64,000 nt of DNA from positions 85,073 through 149,072 of the forward strand of contig NIVC01002695.1 of the NCBI GenBank assembly GCA_002269645.1, read 5' to 3'. Shown in pieces: positions 48,836 through 61,467 of the stretch. Within the stretch, counting starts at the first letter, position 1. Each line of letters starts with the position of its first letter. The notes beneath the pieces were generated by a model. It was not told the DNA's origin. It did not search any database and worked only from the letters and a program-made list of their open reading frames with translations. The stretch is from Macrostomum lignano. Its lineage: Eukaryota. The translations under genes were made by a program, and so were the position numbers.

Positions 48836-51800
48836 AGCACGTCGGCCCGCGCTCGGTAAGGTTTCCGGACCTTCTTCGTTTTCTTCGGCCGTGTCACTCG
48901 TGATCCCCCTTCCCCGGCCTGCGCCCCCTGCCTGGTCGACTTCCTGACGTTCTGCCCCCCCCCCCAAAACTTTGGTCGTCGTCTCCCATCAGCTTCGGCT
49001 TCAACGGCTAAGTCCCCCCTGGACAGCATCGCCCGTGACTTCCTGGTCGTGATCTAAAAGCAGCGACAGCAACCGGCAAGCGAAGAACAACTGCGGCGCT
49101 CGTCAGCTAAGTTCAGCATCAGCATCCCGTCCGAGCGCTTCGGTCTCTGTGGAATCCTTGGCTACCGGCAGTTAGGTTTTCTGATTGGTTGGGTGAGAGA
49201 CTTTCTTGACCTGCTTAACTGGGTGCGCCCCAATTGTCTGACCCCTTCCTTGGTAGTCCGATAGGATTTGCACTTTTGCTTTCTTGTTTTCGTGTGCCAA
49301 ACTCGAGGCAGAAGTTCCGTTTAAAATTAAAAGTAGCTATTCGCTCCGACTCAATCTAAGGCGTTTAGAATTGTGAATTAAGTGAGAAAGTTAAATCTGG
49401 AAGTTAAAGACTTAGCGTTTTCTTTCTTTTTCGCAATGCCAGCTGAGATGAGCGGCTAGATCTAGGAGCAGAGGTCAGTGGACCGGAAGCGACACAGTAC
49501 CCAGTCGATCTAAGCAATCATGATAAACATGCAGAATAAATAAGTGCCAGACCGGTACTTTCGTGCAGTCTCAGGCAGCTAAGAGGCTAAAACGAGTTAA
49601 ATGCTAGTGTAAAGGTCTCCAAAGGTGACAATACACCCACATCATCGCTATCTGTCGACGTGTTAACACATTTAGTGCCAAAAGCGTGCAGTTATGTGTA
49701 CTTGTACATGTACTTCTGGGAATTTGGTAATGAGTTAGTACATTGGGCAGTGCTTGAAAGCTCGCCAGCGCAAGAACCCCCTGCAAAAGTCCTCTCTTTC
49801 CCTGCATGGCCAATGCGATCTTAGTCCCAGTAGTGTCCCTTCTATTCGGCTATGCATGACTTCGAGATAGACATAGACAGCTAAAAGACACTAGATGGCA
49901 GGTAAGTGCAGTGCCCTTCTAGTCGAAGACTCGAAAGTCCGATTTCGACAGCTCCGGTTTGGTGAGCCGGGGCGCACGGAGTGGTGGCAGCCGGTTAATT
50001 AATCTGCGGATTAGCTAATTTCTACCTTTCAAATTCTCCCTGCTGGTCTCTCGCTGTCTTCTCTTAGCTATAAGACCTAGCTGCTCGCCCACAATCTAGC
50101 TATCTCGGCGCTGACCATCTGACAAGAGCGAGAGGCCAAAGCTCTTAGAGATTCATTTCTGAGTTCTGAGGCCCGAAGCTACAGGCTTAAAAAGGCCGAA
50201 CCCATCAACATACCTCCCCATACTTTTTGGGAGAATTGTGAGGGAATGTCTCAAATGATAAGAAAATGGAATATATTCATTGTTTTATGTATGCTGGAAA
50301 CTTTCAAGTTAGTCTTTATTCCGTCAAGTTCCGCTACTTCCTCCACTTTTCATTCTACACATACAAGTTTTACATGTAATTTCATGAAGTTAGCGTCCTA
50401 TTTATTGCTTTTTAATTCATAGACCCAATAACGACTATTTATCGTTTAATTAGTCCTTGCTTCGACCCGCAGCTCAGAATCCTCAGATATACTCAACTTA
50501 TTCAAATTTCCACGTGTTCATAGACCAACGGAAAAGCTTTGTCAAAAAACGTGTTTTCGTTTGCGAAATAAACAGAAAAAACAAAAGTTGATTATTCTTT
50601 TTAGTGCCAGAGTAAAGTCTTCGCTTACTTAGAAAAATAAGTTTATTTAAAAATAAAATTACTAATCGACAAAGTTAAACTTGTAACCTTATTCACAATT
50701 TTAATTGTTGCTATTAAGGACATTTCTTCAACTTCATCAATGGGCCGAATATATTTTAGGCCACCAGATCGTTAATTTTCTTAAGAGTCTATGTTTGCTT
50801 CAAAAAATGAGACTTTTGCGAACAAATCTTGATTATGACTTGCCAAATGAACTACAATAAATGGTTTTAATGTAGAAAAAAGATGTAAAAAACTTATGTA
50901 ATGAAGTAATGAAAATGAAATAATGAACAGATTTTATTTTGTTTAGAAAAAAGCGATTTGATATATATTTGACAGTGGGAATTTATGCCTATTTTTCTCA
51001 TTTTTGCAAAGTCATATTTAGTCATAGAAATAATATCTGGTCCATTAACGGATGGAAATAGTAGAATCCGTTTATTTATTACCAAAGCTTTTCTTTAAAA
51101 GGTTTCCCTTTTGGTGCTAGACTGGATCAATTTAAATTACTTTGATAAACAACACAACAGAGTGAAGTATAGGGGGTTAGAGTTGTAGTCTTGTAGAACA
51201 TTATGAGTAAAATTTAATTTTCTTAACCGGGAATTAAATTTAATTATAGTATTTTATACTTGCCTAAAACACTATCTGAATATAGGTTTCAGAAACAAAA
51301 AACTATTGTAAAGTTCTTCCATTGAATTTTTTTATTATTATGGTATATAATTAGAAGAACGAGATCGAAATTATAAACTGTATACCATTTTTTAGAAATT
51401 TATTTGAAAAGAATCGTGGAATATTTTTTCGTTGTAAGAATCTTTTGAGACAACTTCGACTAAAGTTTTAGTTCTCGAGTTTGTCAAAGTTATTCTTATT
51501 GTATATTAAAAGTTGCTGTCTAGTAATCTTATGATTGCATTCACTGTTAACTTGTGTAACTATTTGGCAAATTAAAATGAGGCATATCTAAAAAAATGTT
51601 TTTTTGTTTCTGTCTAGAGAATAATAAATACATTTGAGGCTGATTTTTGCTTTCCTACCAGAAAAAGAAGACTAGAAGTATACAAAATATTATGTTTTTA
51701 TTCTTTAGGTTCATTGCTCCTAAATAGATTGGCTATATCCTTTTTGGAGAAAATAATAGACTATGAATATTTTACTAATTGCTGGTGTCGAATCGTTTCG

Positions 51801-51967
51801 TTTTAAACTTTAAACAAAGTTTAAACTTTTAAACAAACTCAATAAGTTTGTGAAATATGAGCTTACATCTTATGCCTTATTGCTGTTGTACCTACCCACT
51901 ATCCCTAGTGCTGCTATATTCGTTTGAGGTCATGGTGTTGGGTTGTCCTCCATTTATGCATGACACG

Positions 51968-54682
51968 ATGTCCGACAGTGTACAAATCTTACACAATGAC
52001 TCAGTTGTCAAGCGTATCCATGGCAACCCAAACGGCAATCAGAACCGTGTCCGAAAAGGCTACTCGGCCGCCAAGCCGAACTCTTCAATCCCCAGCAAGT
52101 ACCAGACGGTCGTGATTGACACGGCCGACAGCAAAGGTTTCATGTCCACCGCTAAGCGGTTTAACTACGACCTGTCCCGTCACGTGACTCCGGCGCCAAA
52201 TTATTACGCTCTGGGCAGCGGCGGCTCCTCGGTTGCAACAGATTCGCCGTCCTACGGCAAACGCGGCACGGGCGGCCTCGCCAGCAAAACCGTCCGACTG
52301 ACCGACGGAGGCGGCGGCGGCGTCCCAGTCGGTCCCGGGCCCGCTGGCTACAACATCGGCGACACCGGCAGAGTCGGCAGCAGGGCCGACTTCAATCAGG
52401 CCAGCGCAACCAGCAGCTTCCACCCGCCGATCGCGGTGCCCCGACCGGCTGGAGCTGCCTCGGACGGTCCGGGGCCAAACCGGTACAATACGCTCAACGC
52501 TCTGGCTCGGCTCAGGGAGAATCGAACTCGCGACCTGGCTAGCGTGTTCAAGTTAGTTCAGATTGGATTGAAATTAAATTTTCAATAAATATTGTGCTAA
52601 AGAGAGTGGACACAGTAGACATTAGAGGGAGTGGACACAGAAGACATAAGAGAGAGTGGACACAGTAGACATTAGAGGGAGTGGACACAGTAGACACAAG
52701 AGATAGTGGACACAGTAGACATTAGAGACAGTGGACACAGTAGACATTGAGAGAGTGGACACAGTAGACATTGAGAGAGTGAACACAGTAGACATTAGAG
52801 GGAGTGGACACAGTAGACACAAGAAAGAGTGGACACAGTAGACATTAGAGACAGTGGACACAGTAGACATTGAGAGAGTGAACACAGTAGACATTAGAGG
52901 GAGTGGACACAGTAGACACAAGAGAGAGTGGACACAGTAGACATTAGAGACAGTGGACACAGTAGACATTGAGAGAGTGGACACAGTAGACATTGAGAGA
53001 GTGAACACAGTAGACACAAGAGAGAGTGGACACAGTAGACATTAGAGACAGTGGACACAGTAGACATTGAGAGAGTGGACACAGTAGACATTGAGAGAGT
53101 GAACACAGTAGACATTAGAGAGAGTGGACACAGTAGACATTGAGAGAGTGGACACAGTAGACATTGAGAGAGTGGACACAGTAGACATTAGAGAGAGTGG
53201 ACACAGTAGACATTGAGAGAGTGGACACAGTAGACATTGAGAGAGTGGACACAGTAGACATTAGAGAGAGTGGACACAGTAGACATTGAGAGAGTGGACA
53301 CAGTAGACATTGAGAGAGTGGACACAGTAGACATTGAGAGAGTGGACACAGTAGACACTGAGAGAGTGGACACAGTAGACATTGAGAGAGTGGACACAGT
53401 AGACATTGAGAGAGTGGACACAGTAGACATTGAGAGAGTGGACACAGTAGACATTGAGAGAGTGGACACAGTAGACATAAGAGACAGTGGACACAGTAGA
53501 CATTGAGAGAGTGGACACAGTAGACATTGAGAGAGTGGACACAGTAGACATTGAGAGAGTGGACACAGTAGACATTGAGAGAGTGGACACAGTAGACATT
53601 GAGAGAGTGGACACAGTAGACATTGAGAGAGTGGACACAGTAGACATTGAGAGAGTGGACACAGTAGACATTGAGAGAGTGGACACAGTAGACATTGAGA
53701 GAGTGAACACAGTAGACATTAGAGAGAGTGGACACAGTAGACATTGAGAGAGTGGACACAGTAGACATTGAGAGAGTGGACACAGTAGACATTGAGAGAG
53801 TGGACACAGTAGACATTGAGAGAGTGGACACAGTAGACATTGAGAGAGTGGACACAGTAGACACTGAGAGAGTGGACACAGTAGACATTGAGAGAGTGGA
53901 CACAGTAGACATTGAGAGAGTGGACACAGTAGACATAAGAGACAGTGGACACAGTAGACATTGAGAGAGTGGACACAGTAGACATTGAGAGAGTGGACAC
54001 AGTAGACATTGAGAGAGTGGACACAGTAGACATTGAGAGAGTGGACACAGTAGACATTGAGAGAGTGGACACAGTAGACATTGAGAGAGTGGACACAGTA
54101 GACATTGAGAGAGTGGACACAGTAGACATTGAGACAGTGGACACAGTAGACATTAGAGAGAGTGGACCCCACTGCCCGCAGATCCTCATCCGGTCGCGAG
54201 CCCATCGGCCACGGCGACGCCGCCCGCCGACCCGGCCCGGAGCCTACGACGTGACCCGCGCCGACCGTCTGGTCGGCGAAGCCTCCCGCGCCCCGGTCTC
54301 CTGCTTCCGTCCGTCCGGGCCGCGCCGTCCGGGCCCGAAGCCGACGGACAATCCGGGGCCCGGTGCGTACGATCACGAGCCGGACAGGCAGGCCAAGCGG
54401 GGCGGCTTCCAGTTCCCCATGCAGCACTACCTGTGCCTCTCCGCTCCCGCGCTGCCGCTGCCGCCGCAGGCGCCGCTGCCGGGGCCGGGCCAGTACGAGC
54501 TGGCGCCCAGGCCAGTGTCCAAGCACTACATGAGCAGCTCCATGTTCCTTAGCAACACGTCGCGTTGGGCCGGCCGGACTGTGGGCGACGCCACGTCGTT
54601 GCCGGGGCCGGCGCACTACCAGCCTGAGGTGCCAGCCAAGCAGAACTTCTCCTATAATGCTGACGGGCATTGGGCAGTTTGA
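51968..54682 (+). CDS. STPG1: Sperm-tail PG-rich repeat protein 1 (MAPO2-like), exons 51968-52551 and 54182-54682 with an apparent 1-nt frameshift near 54238
   Basis: SSIPSK...KGFMSTAKRF...TPAPNYY, repeated PGPGxY (SHIPPO) motifs, and a C-terminus PLPGPGQYE...KHYMSSSMFLSNTSRW...LPGPAHYQPE..KQNFSYN like STPG1. GTTAGT donor at 52552 and CAG acceptor at 54181. Confidence 0.85.
52601..54166. repeat. 24/25-bp intronic minisatellite (GAGAGAGTGGACACAGTAGACATT)n, about 64 copies
   Basis: Visible tandem repeat filling the STPG1 intron. Confidence 0.98.
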
Positions 54683-55192
54683 TCTGACAATGCTGACGAG
54701 CACTGGGCAGTTTGATCTGACATTGAAATTGTGCAAATTTGTGTGACACAAGTAAAGCTTTGTTTTTGCACTTGCTTGGGGAAGCCGTGGTAAAATTTAA
54801 CATTTTCCTGTAACACATTATTATCAATTGCTTCTAAGTGTGATGAAGGTCACAAGATAATGTACTGATCATGAAAATATATTAGTTATTTCTTGGATTA
54901 TTTATAATCGAATTTTGTTATAGATTTGTTAATAATGCATTTGTTTTGTGGCTAATGCTTCTCTCAATCTTTTTTAACGATTGAAACTTTATTTCGCCCA
55001 ATACGATCAGCCATTGTAGTGTGCCCTCGCATACCAGTAGCTACGAACTCTATATCTGGGGCGTAGCCAGGGGAGTGGGAAGGTAGCCATGGCCATCCCT
55101 CCATCGGCTTAGTAAAAGCACATGACGCTCCCATGCGGTAGCTTTGGCAACCACTCAAATGAAGTAATACGTGACCAAATGATGGCTGGCGC

Positions 55193-55391
55193 CCCTGGTG
55201 CTGGCGCCCTGGTGCTGGCGCCCCTGGTGCTGGCGCCCCTGGTGCTGGCGCCCTGGTGCTGGCGCCCCTGGTGCTGGCGCCCCTGGTGCTGGCGCCCCTG
55301 GTGCTGGCGCCCGTGGTGCTGGCGCCCCTGGTGCTGGCGCCCCTGGTGCTGGCGCCCCTGGTGCTGGCGCCCCTGGTGCTGGCGCCCCTGG
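55193..55391. repeat. 15-bp minisatellite (GGCGCCCCTGGTGCT)n, the reverse complement of the GCC variant of the 43958 repeat
   Basis: Visible tandem repeat. Confidence 0.95.
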
Positions 55392-55922
55392 TTCCAAAAA
55401 TCTAGCGGAAAATCAATTTTGAAAATTCTGGCAGTGCTTGCAAAAATCAATAAAAAACAAGCACTCCTTTCAGAAACAGCAAAACCTATTCAATCCAAAG
55501 TCTGTTTTTTGTCTATGGCAAAGTCTCGTTTGCATGAAAGCGAAAAAAACTGCTTAGAAATTTAATGCTCGTAGAAACAGAGTTGTCTCACGATTTCGCG
55601 GGCAAGACGGCAGATTAACCTACAGAAAGTGCATTTCTCGCCTCTTTCGCAGTCTCATCCTTTTCCCGAGGAACAACAACTTCTATGGTAATTTATCGGT
55701 TGTAGGAGGACTGAGAACCATTTCTCAGTCCCCAAACGAGGCCTGAGAAATAGTTCTCAGTCCTGCTATAAACAGTTGTATTTAACAAATGTAAACCAAC
55801 AACAGGAAGTTCAAATAGTAAGATTTAGAAGCGTCTTGTAAGCACTCACTCAAAAACGATTTCAACGGTGTTGGTGTTACCATTGATGTTAAGCCTCATT
55901 TTCTTTGCAGGATTAGCAGTCA

Positions 55923-56522
55923 CTACGTTACTTTGTTCCATAGCTTCAACAGAGCGTTCAGGCTCGGTGTCAATAGACAGACTTGATGACTGACCACCAG
56001 ATTGAAGAGCATGCGATACTTTAACATGGTCTTGTACGTCAAACTGAATATAGCGCTCAATAGCTGTCGAAGAGTGTCCTGTAACACGAGCGATGTCCTC
56101 TCTAGCAAAGCCAGCACGGTGTAGAGTACTTGCGCAAGTCTTGGAATCATGGAAAATATGTCCCTAAGGGTCGTAGCATTGTATTTAGTGCCATCGACTT
56201 TTCGCACCTCGAGAATGAACATCTTTAATACTCGTAGATAGTTCCAATCGCAAGCGTTCCATTCATGACGCTCCTTCAACACGAGAAGGCCAGTTGTATC
56301 ACCATGTAGAATTAGATTGTGTCGCTGCTCAAACCACTGGTCAAAAATTCTTAGAGCCCATAATTCCTTCCTTCGCGTATTTGGTGGGATAGCAGCGTCC
56401 AGCTTCCCTTGTATTTCGTCAGTCGAGAGCGTAGCGAATCGATCACTACCAGCAGCAGGATTCGTTGCAGCGGATTCTTTACTTTCAAAATATCGTAGCA
56501 CTAGATCTAAGTCGTCTTCCAT
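55923..56522 (-). pseudogene. Truncated Crypton/DUF3504 (ZMYM/QRICH1/KCTD1-related) tyrosine-recombinase N-terminal fragment
   Basis: RFATLS..E...IPPNTRRKELWALRIFDQW...LKMFILEVRKVDGTKYNATTLRDI motif. No catalytic RHRY region is seen. Confidence 0.65.
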
Positions 56523-56529
56523 GGTTCTA

Positions 56530-57236
56530 TACCTTTTTACGTTCTATTTGATAAAAACTGCAACCAATTTGGCCACGGCTCAGCCTGACGCAGCCGCAGC
56601 AATTTTCCATAGACAGCCACCGCTAGCGGCAACCAATTTGGTAAAAACTGCGAGCTATTTTGCCAGCTTGAAGATAGCAGCTCAATAGCATAACAATAAC
56701 GATAAAGAATGTTAACAATACATGCACGAAGTCAGAACATTATGTCCTCAGCATTCAAGCACCGATTGAAGTACGTCTGGGAATGGCTGATCCAGCGCAG
56801 GCACTTGAGAGGCGTGAGAGGCAGTAGGTTGACCTTCGACGAATTGAACAATGGTGTCCACCATAGCCTCCGTCAGCGCCATTCTCTTCACTCCTCCTTT
56901 TGGCAGAGTGCCAACTCTACCAGTTCGTTCATACGTGGTCACGATGTTCCTCACTGTCGGTTTATTCATCCCCATCATTCTGCCAAGCTCTCCCCAGTCG
57001 TCGCCACTCCTGTACGCTCTCACGATTCGCTCTCGATCCGGCTGACTTATCTTTTGGTACGGCCCACGATTCGCCATCAGAGCAGCTGCTATCTTCAAGC
57101 TGGCAAAATAGCTCGCAGTTTTTACCAAATTGGTTGCCGCTAGCGGTGGCTGTCTATGGAAAATTCTATGTCTATGGTCAGGCTGAGCCGTGGCCAAATT
57201 GGTTGCAGTTTTTATCAAATAGAACGTAAAAAGGTA
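56530..57236 (-). mobile_element. Non-autonomous Tc1/IS630-type deletion derivative with long TIRs
   Basis: TIRs of about 155 bp starting TACCTTTTTACGTTCTATTTG. TA duplication at 56528-29 and 57237-38. An internal ORF remnant (MANRGPYQKIS..RERIV...TVRNIV..YERTG) encodes an HTH DNA-binding region only. Confidence 0.85.
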
Positions 57237-57572
57237 TATTATATATGCAAATGGATGGACTGCTCAGTGCTCCATCTAGGTAGACGATTTATAACACTTT
57301 AGCCAGTCAGTCACATAGCTTGTGCCATAGACTAACTGTACTGGATATTGATGCGTATTTTGCTTTCAGTAGGTTAAATATTTTCTCCTCCTTTTTCCAA
57401 ATATGTCTATGGAAAAGAAAGTCCTCGGATGATATTCTCAAGGCCTCGGCTTCGCCTCGGCCTGAGAAATGCATCCTCGGACTTACCTTTCCATAGCCAC
57501 ACTGGGAAAAGGAGGAGAATGTATACTTCCGTGCCCGCTGTTTTAGTCTATGGCCAATCGTGAAACAACATA

Positions 57573-57693
57573 GTTCTGACTATGGATTTGAGGGCAGGAA
57601 TGAGCGAATCCGAGGGCTGAAGCCTGAAGGCTGAAGCTGAAGGCTGAAGCCCTCGGATTCGCTCATTCCTGCCCTCAAATCCATAGTCAGAAC
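57573..57693. repeat. Perfect 46-bp inverted repeat with a 29-nt loop
   Basis: 57573-57618 is the exact reverse complement of 57648-57693. Confidence 0.95.
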
Positions 57694-60130
57694 AATCAGT
57701 TGTTTCAAAAGCAACTTAATCATTCATTGAATATAGGCTGGTCGTTGATGTCAAAACATGTTTTTTTAATGGGAGCTCGTCTTTTTTTACTTCTTACTCT
57801 AAGCCAAGCTGGTCAAGTATATCAAAACATTTTGACCATAGAGCATGGCATATGTTTTTAGACGGTTTGTTCTTATTGATTTTCTACTAGCTTTCTAGCA
57901 GATGGGATTTTGCCATAGACAAAAGGGTTCTGTTGGTTGTGAAATCTTTTATAGATTTTTTGCGAGCACTGCATGCAGGTGATGCTTGGTTTTCCCGACT
58001 TTAATTCTACAACTCTTTGAGCTAATTTTCTCGCTTTATATTTTATGCCTCACCGAATGTTCCATAGGAGTACTGATAGTAGCAAGATATGCTTATCATT
58101 TATTTTGACAGCTGAAATACCATACAATTTCCCAGAAAGTGTTGGAACAAGTCCTGCTTAGAAATTCTCAAAAAGAAACAGGAAAATTTTTCAACCATAC
58201 AACTCATTGTCTGTGAGAAGCTCACTCAATTGTGTTTTCATGAATGCATGGCTGGGAGAATCGTTGAAAAGTCCCAAATGCGGAAGACTCCGTGCTGCCT
58301 GCTTGAGAGACGCTGGAAGAGTTTTTGAAATTTTAGAAGTGATGCTTCCTAAATAATACAGAGTTTCCCTTAGCAACTAAGCAGGTGGGTGGGGCTTTGA
58401 GGAAAGAGTGACTGTACAGTTAGACAATAAAGATCAGGGTATTTGCTGAGAACAGCTACTTATACAGACTAGGTAGTAGTACTTTCAAGGATGTACCTTC
58501 GAACGCACAGTATGCTCCACGCATTGCCATAGACAGATTCGGTCGAAACAATCTGATTTCTCGAGAGCATACCCATGGGTGTGAATCTGACAACCCCTTG
58601 GCCAATTTTCGTGCACACTGCAAGTCCCAAATCAAGGTGGCCGCGCACAAACTTAATCCGGAGGTCGCGTGTTAGCTATATAGTGCAAGATTCAGACTCG
58701 CTTACCTCTGAGCTGCTCTACCCGCTTACTGCAAGCTTACCAAAATACACTATACTATACTATACTTTATACTATACTTACCTCTGAGCTGCTCTACCCG
58801 CTTACTGCAAGCTTACCAAAATACACTATACTATACTATACTTTGGCTATACTTAATTGGCTGGTTTTAAGCCGGGCTAGGCTTTCCTATATAATAACGA
58901 ACAAAAACTGCATCTTCTTTAAGCTTGTAAATGGGAGAGAGAAAGAGGAAGCAAATGTTTTGTGTTGCAACTTGCATCCACTTTTTGGGAAGTTTCCACT
59001 CAACTATGCAGTTGCGTGAGGAAAGCACTAGGCTAGGCAGTATGCAAGTATGCTGTGTACATGTAAAATTTTAAATGATTTCATTGTACATTTTAGATTT
59101 TAATTTTAATTTAAAATTATTAGTACATTTAATGATTTCGTTGATTTAGTTGAGATTTAGCTAAAGTTTAAGTTCATTAAATTGCACTTATAAATTTAGT
59201 TTATTTAATTTTTTTAAAATCCATTATTAAAATTCTTGAAAGACAACTTTTACGATAATAATGTAGTGGCAATTTTTACAGTTGTTCCTTGTTTACTTCA
59301 ATGTAAATTTATTCTTTAAAACAAAATGTAAGATTAATACTTGAAGCCGCTTGTCGAAATAAAAGCTTTTTGAATGCCAAAAGTTCCCCAGTTTCTTTAA
59401 AAAAATTGAATTGAAGGAGAGTGTCTATATTTTTAATCTATAAAAATTCCCCCTTCCGAGACTATCGTACGAAGAGCCTCTGAAGTCTGCCATAAAAAGT
59501 CAGCTTCTTTAAGTTCTTATTAATGATAAAGTTCAGAATGCGTTTTCCACGAATAAAAAGGTGTGAAGCAGAGTCTGAAATTAGCGTTAGCTGATATTCT
59601 CTAAAAACCAGATAAAACAAGATGCGGAGTTAATGCGTTATTAAAAATTATAAGAAAAAATATTAAATTGTTCGTTTCCTACAAGTGTCAACAAGAATAA
59701 AAGACGAGAAAAAAGATAACAACATCGGCAATGTTTTTCCAATAGCAGCAACAAATTTTGGTTTTACAGAAAAGCAGCAACAGCTACGACTTGCTTTAAC
59801 GAAAAGAAAACGTAAGATAAACAGTAACAAAAACTTAAACAAAAGACAGCAATGGGAACTATTTATTTACCCAAAAACCTATTTTTAACTGAAAAAATTT
59901 CATTAAACAACAAAAAATTTTAACAAGAAGAAAACACAAAAGGAAACTGTTTTAACACAAGAAGAAAGGATAAACAGCATCAAAAGACACAGCCATAATT
60001 AAGCAATAAAAACGCTCAGGGTTGTAGTCACGAATATTTAAAAATCACGTCATGAAAGATATCCCGAGTTTTTTTCTGTTCATTCCGTAAGATTGTTTGC
60101 CCGTAGCAAATTAACGTCTAAAAATCGAGT

Positions 60131-61200
60131 TTAGCAGATGGAGCCGAGGGCCCGGGATTCTTCAGGCGACAGGGCCACTGGAGCCATGGCGAAGCAGATT
60201 ATCGTTCCCTTAAAAGAGTATATATCACCTGTTCCTTCCGATCCAAGCCGGATCTCGTCGAAGACAGTATCGGCACTGAGAGTGTAGCTGTTATACTGCG
60301 TGACAGAGTAAGTCGTGCCATTGAAGAGAGCAGTGGAGGCAGCCGTAGCATTGCTATAGATGGCACCCACAAAAAACTTCTGCTGCACAACGAGCGGCAT
60401 CGAGTTGACGGTCTCGTAGCCGATCGTTTCGGAGAAAAAGTTAGTGAACTTCAGCTTGCTGCCGCTAGTGAAGAACATGAATGAGCAGAATGGTCCAGTG
60501 GGGTTGTTGGAATTCACGATTCGCAGAAGATGGAGATTTGCAGTCGGGACACTCGGCATGCCGATAGGCTAAAGAAGAATGTGAACTCCTTCGAGGACGA
60601 AGCAAAGGCCTGAAAGCCCGGCGGCGCCACGCCGATCTTCACGAACGAGTTAAGCCGACCGGGCAGCACGGCGCCCGACGCGTTTCGCACGGCGGTACCG
60701 ACGAGCTGCGCAGGCGCGGAGAGCGGCGAGCCGACACCGACGACGCCGAGGTTCCGGTCGGAGATGCGGAAGTCGAAGAAGGCCGACAGCCGAGCGGCGA
60801 ACTGCCAGCCGGTCGCTCCGGAAGCGTCGCGTCTCAGCAGCGTCGCAACGCAGTCGCCGCGGCTCGCCGTGCCGGCCGCCTCCGCCTCGCTGGCCGGTCG
60901 CGGCAGCTCCGCAGTCACGTGACACAGCCGGGCGACGAAGCGAAACTGGGCGACCGCGCACGCGCTCGGTCGGAAAGCGCAGGCCATCGCGCAGGACTTT
61001 GCGTCCGAGGCGCCCGGCATGAGCTGCGCGTTGGGCAGCCGCAGCTGACGCTGCAGATCGGCGTCCGGGACGCAGGAGTCGCTGTGCAGCGGCTGCAGAG
61101 TGTGGTGCGTTGCACAGCCGTTTGTAGCTTCGTCTCGACCAGCGACAGCCAGAAACAGCAGCTGCAGCAGAGGCAGAGGCGAAATCAGATCCGTCAGCAT
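60131..61200 (-). CDS. Secreted PAN/apple-like + LamG/ConA-like domain protein, paralog B (apparent 1-nt frameshift near 60560)
   Basis: Signal-like MLTDLISPLPLLQLLFLAVAG. ORFs 60514-61392 and 60131-60559 together align end to end with paralog A. Confidence 0.7.
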
Positions 61201-61467
61201 ATCGTTCGTTTCTCTTGAGTCACTTTGAGTCAGTTGAATCGGTGTTTGAGTCGCTTCCGCAAGTTTCGTACCCTTATAAAGCGTTTTCCGAGGCTGCATG
61301 CAGCGGTAGCCAATGAAGAAGCGACCTGCTAATGGACTCCGCTGCTGTTGGATTCCGTGCAGTTTTGTTACGAGAGTCCATGGACGATCCAAGGACCACT
61401 AATAGCCAACTTCAGGCCTCGACCTCGAACATGCCAACCACAAAAGAATATTTGCTTAAACTGTTTG

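Larger units (their letters stand above)
55707..57707 (-). mobile_element. Degenerate Crypton-like element region with flanking hairpins
   Basis: Hairpins at 55707-55764, about 57383-57522 (loop GGCTTCGCC) and 57561-57707 bracket a DUF3504/Crypton-like ORF. The boundaries are inferred. Confidence 0.45.

Noticed and set aside
20816-54166. CRISPR-like arrays
   Set aside because: The repeats are contiguous without unique spacers, the context is eukaryotic, and there are no cas genes.
31365-54189. Repetitive ORFs over minisatellites (31365-32071, 43799-44296, 44608-44968, 52622-54189; also 25642-26176 and 55109-55565)
   Set aside because: They are translations of tandem repeats, most of them inside GT-AG introns of recognisable genes.
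58700-58845. About 74-bp tandem duplication (also a 33-bp duplication at the STPG1 stop, about 54655-54721)
   Set aside because: Simple local duplications with no sign of function.
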